Source: an uncultured Fidelibacterota bacterium (GTDB lineage: Bacteria; Fidelibacterota; Marinisomatia; Marinisomatales; Marinisomataceae). From it: 64,000 nucleotides of DNA. Below the pieces are notes generated by a model. The model searched no databases, was not told the DNA's origin, and saw only the letters and a program-made list of their open reading frames with translations. Every line of letters starts with the position of its first letter. Position 1 is the stretch's first letter. A program made the translations under genes and the position numbers. Below, piece by piece: positions 58,650 through 64,000 of this stretch. The stretch lies in the NCBI GenBank assembly GCA_902578385.1, contig CACHCR010000001.1:62320-126319 (forward strand), in the 5' to 3' direction.

Positions 58650-59750
58650 ATGCAAAAATTAAAAAAGGCTATCCTATTTCTAGAGGATGGCCTTTTTTTT
58701 ACCGGGAAAAGTCTTGGTAGCAATGGTGAAACTTTTGGTGAAGTTTGCTTTAATACTGGAATGACTGGATATCAAGAGATACTAACTGATCCTTCCTACT
58801 CTAATCAGATGATTGTAATGAGTAGTCCGCACATAGGTAATTATGGTACTAATAACAACGATACAGAATCTGAAAAAGTTTATGCAACAGGTTTTATAAT
58901 TAAGAGTGAATCTTTACAGCCTTCAAACTGGAGATCTGAAGAATCTCTTTCATCATTTTTGAAAAAGCACAGTATAGTTGGTATTCAAGACATTGACACA
59001 AGAGCATTAACTATTCATATAAGAAAAAATGGTGCAATGAGAGGAATCATTTCAACTGAAGATTTTAATCTCGATAGTTTGGCAAGCAAAATTGAGAATA
59101 TACCTAAAATGGAAGGACAAGATTTAGCAATTAAAGTTGCAAGAAATAAAAAAGTTATTTTATCAAACACTAATAATCCTGTTTATAAAATTGCAGCCAT
59201 TGATTTTGGAATGAAAAGCAATATATATGATATTATGCTTGATCATAAGGCTGAAGTTGAAATTTTTCCTGCAAATGTATCACACGATGAAATACTTTTA
59301 TCTAACCCTGATGGTATTTTTCTATCAAATGGACCAGGAGACCCTGCCGCAGTAACATATGGTATAGAAACAGTAAAAAATTTACTAGGTAAGAAACCTA
59401 TCTTTGGAATATGTCTTGGGCATCAAATTCTAGCTTTAGCATTGGGTGCAAACACATTCAAAATGAAGTTTGGTCATAGAGGTATAAATCAACCAGTAAA
59501 AAATTTAATTACAAACAAAGTAGAAATTACATCCCAGAATCATGGATTTGCTGTTGACGAAGATACTCTACCATCGAACGTCACTGTAACACATAAACAC
59601 CTAAATGATGATACTGTTGCTGGAATAAGCTGTAATGATATTTTAGCATATTCAGTTCAATATCATCCTGAAGCTAGTCCAGGACCACATGATTCAAGGT
59701 ATGTATTTAAGGAATTTTTCAATATGATGAAGAGCAATGCCAAAACGTAA
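58650..59750 (+). CDS. carA: Carbamoyl-phosphate synthase small (glutaminase) subunit
   Basis: 366 aa. Catalytic GICLGHQ and the C-terminal triad region [11 protein letters not shown]. Confidence 0.95.
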   Translation: MQKLKKAILFLEDGLFFTGKSLGSNGETFGEVCFNTGMTGYQEILTDPSYSNQMIVMSSPHIGNYGTNNNDTESEKVYATGFIIKSESLQPSNWRSEESLSSFLKKHSIVGIQDIDTRALTIHIRKNGAMRGIISTEDFNLDSLASKIENIPKMEGQDLAIKVARNKKVILSNTNNPVYKIAAIDFGMKSNIYDIMLDHKAEVEIFPANVSHDEILLSNPDGIFLSNGPGDPAAVTYGIETVKNLLGKKPIFGICLGHQILALALGANTFKMKFGHRGINQPVKNLITNKVEITSQNHGFAVDEDTLPSNVTVTHKHLNDDTVAGISCNDILAYSVQYHPEASPGPHDSRYVFKEFFNMMKSNAKT

Positions 59751-62700
59751 CGATATAAACACTATCCTAGTTATAGGAGCTGGGCCAATTGTTATTGGGC
59801 AGGGATGTGAATTTGATTATTCTGGCACCCAAGCTATAAAAGCTTTAAAAGAAGAAGGATATAGAGTCGTGTTGATTAATTCTAACCCTGCTACCATCAT
59901 GACTGACCCTCAATTTTCTGACAAAACCTATATTGAGCCTATTTCTACTGAGTATGTTGAAGCAATAATTAAAAAAGAAAAACCAGATGCTATTTTACCT
60001 ACTGTTGGAGGTCAAACTGCTTTAAATGTTGCTATGAAACTAGATGAAGAAGGAATACTTAAAAAGTATGATGTTGAACTAATAGGGGCTAACAGAAAAG
60101 CTATTGAAACTGCTGAAAGTAGAGAAATGTTCAAGCAGGCTATGTTAGAAATTGGCCTTGATTTGCCATATGGATATACTGTTAAATCACTGGATGAGGC
60201 TAAAAAGTTATTAGATAAAATTTCCCTACCTGCTATTATCAGACCCTCCTTTACATTGGGTGGCTCAGGCGGTTCTGTTGCATACAATGAAGAAGAATTT
60301 GAGACATCAGTAAATAAAGGGTTGAAAGAAAGTCCAACTGGACAGGTCCTTGTTGAAGAATACTTAAACGGTTGGAAAGAATACGAATTAGAACTTATAC
60401 GCGATTTAAATGATAATGTTATAATTATTTGTTCAATTGAAAATATTGATCCTATGGGTATACATACCGGTGATTCTATTACAATTGCTCCTGCGATGAC
60501 TCTTAGTGATAAAGAGTTTCAAGTAATGCGAAATGCGGCTATAAAATGTATTAGAAAAATCGGTGTTGATACTGGAGGTTCGAATGTTCAGTTCGCAGTT
60601 AACCCAGTTGATGGAAGAATGGTGATAATTGAAATGAATCCAAGAGTTAGTAGATCTTCTGCTTTAGCTTCAAAAGCTACAGGATTTCCAATTGCAAAAA
60701 TTGCTGCAAAGCTTGCTGTTGGATATTCTTTAGATGAACTAAAAAATGATATAACAAACAGAACATTAGCTGCTTTTGAGCCAACAATTGATTACATAGT
60801 TACAAAATTACCTAGATTTGATTTTGAAAAATTTTCATCGGCTTCTGGAAAACTTGGTGTTCAAATGCAATCAGTTGGCGAAGCAATGGCAATTGGAAGA
60901 ACATTTAGAGAATCATTTCAAAAAGCTTTTCGTTCCCTAGAGCTTAATTTACCAGGATTTGAAACTAAAGATCCAAGAGATGAAGATTTAGATATTAAAA
61001 GATTTAGAGAGCTAGACATTAAATCTTTAAATGATGGTAGCGCATTTAGGATGTTAAAAGTCAAAGAAGCAATAAAGCAGGAATTTTCAATTGAAGAAAT
61101 TCATAAAAATACTGGTATTGATCCATGGTTTTTAACTGAGATTCAAGAAATAGTTAATATTGAGAAAGATTATTATACTGTAGACAATCTTCAGTTTTTA
61201 AAAAAGAATGGATTTTCTGATTTACAGATAGCTCGCTTAAATAATTTATCTGAAGATGAAATAAGACAAATGAGAATTGATCAGAAAATTACACCAGTTT
61301 ACAAATTAGTAGATACTTGTGCTGGTGAGTTTGAAGCAGAAACTCCTTATTCATATTCTACATATGAATCAGAAAACGATTTGCAACCTCTTGAAGGTAA
61401 AAAAATTATGATTTTAGGAGGTGGACCAAACAGAATTGGCCAAGGTATTGAATTTGATTATTGTTGTGTACAGGCAGTATTTGGTTTGCGTGAAGCTGGT
61501 TATAAATCAATAATGGTTAATTGCAATCCTGAAACTGTCTCAACTGATTTTGATTTAGCAGATAGACTATATTTTGAACCAATTACATTTGAAGATATTA
61601 TGAATATCATCAATTTTGAAAAGCCAGATGGAGTATTAGTACAATTTGGTGGACAAACACCTTTAAAAATTGCAAACCAACTCTCTGAAGCTGGAGTTAA
61701 AATATATGGTACCTCATCAGATAGTATCAATCTTGCTGAAAATAGAGAAGAGTTTGCAAAGGTAATTAATAAATTAAATATATTAACTCCTGACTATTGT
61801 ATAGCAAAAAATTATGATGATATTTATAGTTATGCTGAAACTGCAAACTTCCCTGTATTAGTTAGACCAAGTTTTGTTTTAGGTGGAAGAGCAATGCAAA
61901 TTGTTTATTCTAAAGAGCAATTGGTTGATTATGTATTTAGATCTGCTGAAGCTACAAATGATCACCCAATTTTAATTGATCAATTTATTGAAAATGCATT
62001 TGAGTTTGATGTAGATGCGCTTTGTGATGGAGAAGAAGTTTTCATTGGAGGGATTATGCAACATATTGAAGAAGCTGGGGTTCATTCAGGTGATTCTTCA
62101 TGTGTTATACCTCCATACGAAGTTAGTGATTCAGTAAAAAAAGAAATAGAAACAATCACAACTAAATTAGCATTAGAGCTTAAAGTAATAGGTCTGATTA
62201 ACCTTCAATTTGCTGTAAAAGATGAAAAAGTATATGTATTGGAGGTAAACCCAAGATCGAGTCGTACAGTTCCATTTGTTAGTAAATACAGTAACATTCC
62301 ATTAGCAAACATAGCCTCACAGATTTCAGTAGGTAAATCATTAAAAGATTTTAAACTCAAAAAAAATAATTTTGAACATTATGCTGTAAAGAAAGCTGTT
62401 TTACCATTTAATAAGTTCAAAGATGAAAAAGTTTTTTTAGGCCCTGAAATGAAATCTACAGGTGAGGTAATGGGTATCGATATGAGCACAGGTAGCGCCT
62501 TCTTAAAAGCTATGAAGTCAGATGGATATAATGTTCCAAAAACAGGCACAGCTTTCTTATCAGTTAATAAAACAGATAGGAAAGGACTTGTTCCAATAGC
62601 AAAAAATTTAGTGGATTTAGGTTTTAATCTTGTAGCTACAAAGGGCACATGCAAGTTTCTTAATGAACATGGTATTATTTGCGATGATATGTTCAAAGTT

Positions 62701-62934
62701 GGTGAAGGAAGACCAAACGTTGTCGATGAAATTCTAAATGATAATATTCAATTAGTGGTCAATACGCCCGAAGGACCACAATCAAGATTTGATGAAGAGG
62801 CGATTGGTAAAACATCAGTAATGAAGAATATTTTAACTATTACCACACTTCCAGGAGCTAGAGCTGCTATTGATTCTATGAAACATTTGAATGATATTAA
62901 TGTTAAGGCACTGCAAGAATATTTTAAAAAATAA
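59737..62934 (+). CDS. carB: Carbamoyl-phosphate synthase large subunit
   Basis: 1065 aa. Duplicated ATP-grasp halves and an MGS-like C-terminal domain. Overlaps carA by 14 nt. Confidence 0.95.
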   Translation: MPKRNDINTILVIGAGPIVIGQGCEFDYSGTQAIKALKEEGYRVVLINSNPATIMTDPQFSDKTYIEPISTEYVEAIIKKEKPDAILPTVGGQTALNVAMKLDEEGILKKYDVELIGANRKAIETAESREMFKQAMLEIGLDLPYGYTVKSLDEAKKLLDKISLPAIIRPSFTLGGSGGSVAYNEEEFETSVNKGLKESPTGQVLVEEYLNGWKEYELELIRDLNDNVIIICSIENIDPMGIHTGDSITIAPAMTLSDKEFQVMRNAAIKCIRKIGVDTGGSNVQFAVNPVDGRMVIIEMNPRVSRSSALASKATGFPIAKIAAKLAVGYSLDELKNDITNRTLAAFEPTIDYIVTKLPRFDFEKFSSASGKLGVQMQSVGEAMAIGRTFRESFQKAFRSLELNLPGFETKDPRDEDLDIKRFRELDIKSLNDGSAFRMLKVKEAIKQEFSIEEIHKNTGIDPWFLTEIQEIVNIEKDYYTVDNLQFLKKNGFSDLQIARLNNLSEDEIRQMRIDQKITPVYKLVDTCAGEFEAETPYSYSTYESENDLQPLEGKKIMILGGGPNRIGQGIEFDYCCVQAVFGLREAGYKSIMVNCNPETVSTDFDLADRLYFEPITFEDIMNIINFEKPDGVLVQFGGQTPLKIANQLSEAGVKIYGTSSDSINLAENREEFAKVINKLNILTPDYCIAKNYDDIYSYAETANFPVLVRPSFVLGGRAMQIVYSKEQLVDYVFRSAEATNDHPILIDQFIENAFEFDVDALCDGEEVFIGGIMQHIEEAGVHSGDSSCVIPPYEVSDSVKKEIETITTKLALELKVIGLINLQFAVKDEKVYVLEVNPRSSRTVPFVSKYSNIPLANIASQISVGKSLKDFKLKKNNFEHYAVKKAVLPFNKFKDEKVFLGPEMKSTGEVMGIDMSTGSAFLKAMKSDGYNVPKTGTAFLSVNKTDRKGLVPIAKNLVDLGFNLVATKGTCKFLNEHGIICDDMFKVGEGRPNVVDEILNDNIQLVVNTPEGPQSRFDEEAIGKTSVMKNILTITTLPGARAAIDSMKHLNDINVKALQEYFKK

Positions 62935-62944
62935 TTATTTATAG

Positions 62945-64000
62945 TTACTTATAAGAATCAATATCTGGACAAACACAAAAGAAATTTCTATCTCCAAAAG
63001 CGTTATCTATTCTAGATACATATGGCCAGAATTTATTTTCTTTATTCCATTTTGTAGGGAAAACCGCATTTTCTTTTGAATACGGATGATTCCAATCATC
63101 ACAAATATCATGAACTGTATGAGGGGAATTAACTAAAACATTATCCTCTTGTGGCATTTTACCTGATTCTATTTCTTCAATTTCTTTTCTGATTGCAATC
63201 ATGGCATCACAAAATTTATCAAGCTCAGATTTTGCTTCACTCTCTGTCGGCTCAATCATCAATGTTCCTGGTATTGGCCAAGACATAGTAGGTGCATGAA
63301 AACCATAATCAATTAATCTTTTAGCAATATCTTCATTAGTTATATTGGCTGTTGATTTAAACGATCTGCAATCAACGATAAACTCATGTGCATTTAATCC
63401 GCTTTTACCTTTATAAAGAATAGAATAATCTTTTTCTAATCTTTTTGCCATGTAATTTGCAGATAAAATTGCCACTTGAGATGCTTTTAAAAGACCATTT
63501 GCTGCCATCAATTTCATATAGATATAAGAAATTAAAAGTATACTAGCACTACCAAATGGCGACGATGATACTGAGTAGGAAAAATCTTTATCCGTAAAAC
63601 TATGCTGTGGTAGATGTGGTTTTAATTTTTCATTTACACAAATTGGACCCATGCCTGGCCCACCTCCACCATGTGGTATACAAAAAGTTTTATGAAGATT
63701 AATATGCATAACATCTGCACCAAACTTTCCTGGTTTACATACACCAACCATTGCATTTAAGTTTGCTCCGTCCATATAGACTAATCCACCATTTGTATGA
63801 ATCAAATCACATATTTCATCGATATTATGTTCAAATACACCGTGTGTTGATGGATAAGTAACCATCAATGATGATAGTCTATCACCAGCTTCATCAACTT
63901 TTTTACTTAAATCTTTAAAATCTATATTACCATGATCATCACATTGTACTATTACAACTTTAAGTCCTGCCATAATTGCACTTGCTGGATTTGTTCCGTG
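62945..64000 (-). CDS. gcvPB: Glycine dehydrogenase (decarboxylating) subunit 2, C-terminal ~350 aa (gene continues past right edge)
   Basis: PLP-lysine region [18 protein letters not shown]. The reading frame stays open upstream of the track's Met to the window end: hand translation of 64000..63974 gives HGTNPASAI, the conserved GcvPB motif. Confidence 0.85.
   Translation of the reverse strand, partial: HGTNPASAIMAGLKVVIVQCDDHGNIDFKDLSKKVDEAGDRLSSLMVTYPSTHGVFEHNIDEICDLIHTNGGLVYMDGANLNAMVGVCKPGKFGADVMHINLHKTFCIPHGGGGPGMGPICVNEKLKPHLPQHSFTDKDFSYSVSSSPFGSASILLISYIYMKLMAANGLLKASQVAILSANYMAKRLEKDYSILYKGKSGLNAHEFIVDCRSFKSTANITNEDIAKRLIDYGFHAPTMSWPIPGTLMIEPTESEAKSELDKFCDAMIAIRKEIEEIESGKMPQEDNVLVNSPHTVHDICDDWNHPYSKENAVFPTKWNKENKFWPYVSRIDNAFGDRNFFCVCPDIDSYK

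Overview
Low-GC bacterial chromosome segment, almost entirely coding (about 60 genes). I saw no rRNA, tRNA, CRISPR array, transposase, integrase or recognisable defence gene. Everything here comes from reading the sequence and ORF track by eye. Family assignments rest on remembered signature motifs, not on searches.

Layout:
(1) 0-8 kb is a replication-origin-type neighbourhood: surA-like <- mnmG <- mnmE <- yidC <- rpmH | dnaA -> ssb -> plsC. rpmH was found by hand; it is not in the ORF track. A perfect DnaA box lies 3 nt upstream of the dnaA ATG. rnpA/yidD and dnaN are absent from their usual places.
(2) 8-23 kb, minus strand, is one translationally coupled purine super-operon: purA-purL-purM-purQ/S fusion-purC-purE-purB-purF-purD-purN-psiE-like-purH(-qor). 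PurE is class II type, there is no purK, and PurQ is fused to two PurS-like repeats.
(3) 23-32 kb is the only accessory-looking block. It holds a lipoprotein alpha/beta hydrolase, then a strongly expressed-looking operon: a CarboxypepD_reg-type TonB-dependent receptor, a 1087-aa protein with a type IX secretion (T9SS) C-terminal sorting domain and no recognisable catalytic motif, and a PorV/PorQ-family outer-membrane barrel.
(4) 32-64 kb is housekeeping: M23 peptidase, mgtE, proS, recO, ftsB, eno, amidase, folC, rho, aspC-like, rpmE, prfA, prmC, dnaE, MCM B12 subunit, pepP, ligA, sugar dehydrogenase, ABC-2 transporter, carAB, gcvPB partial. It is interrupted at 39.5-40.35 kb by an AT-rich island. 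The island has a structured, terminator-containing leader and two paralogous ~70-aa glycine-rich membrane peptides.

The T9SS sorting domain, PorV homologue and TBDR type suggest an FCB-superphylum organism, possibly an uncultured marine lineage. That is inference only.

Best candidate for something undescribed: the SusD-less TBDR + T9SS cargo + PorV-like triad. Next: the small-peptide island with its attenuator-like leader, and the PAICS-like unfused purC-purE(class II) pair. I also note an apparent GC/codon-usage difference between the left ~23 kb and right ~30 kb, which should be computed properly.
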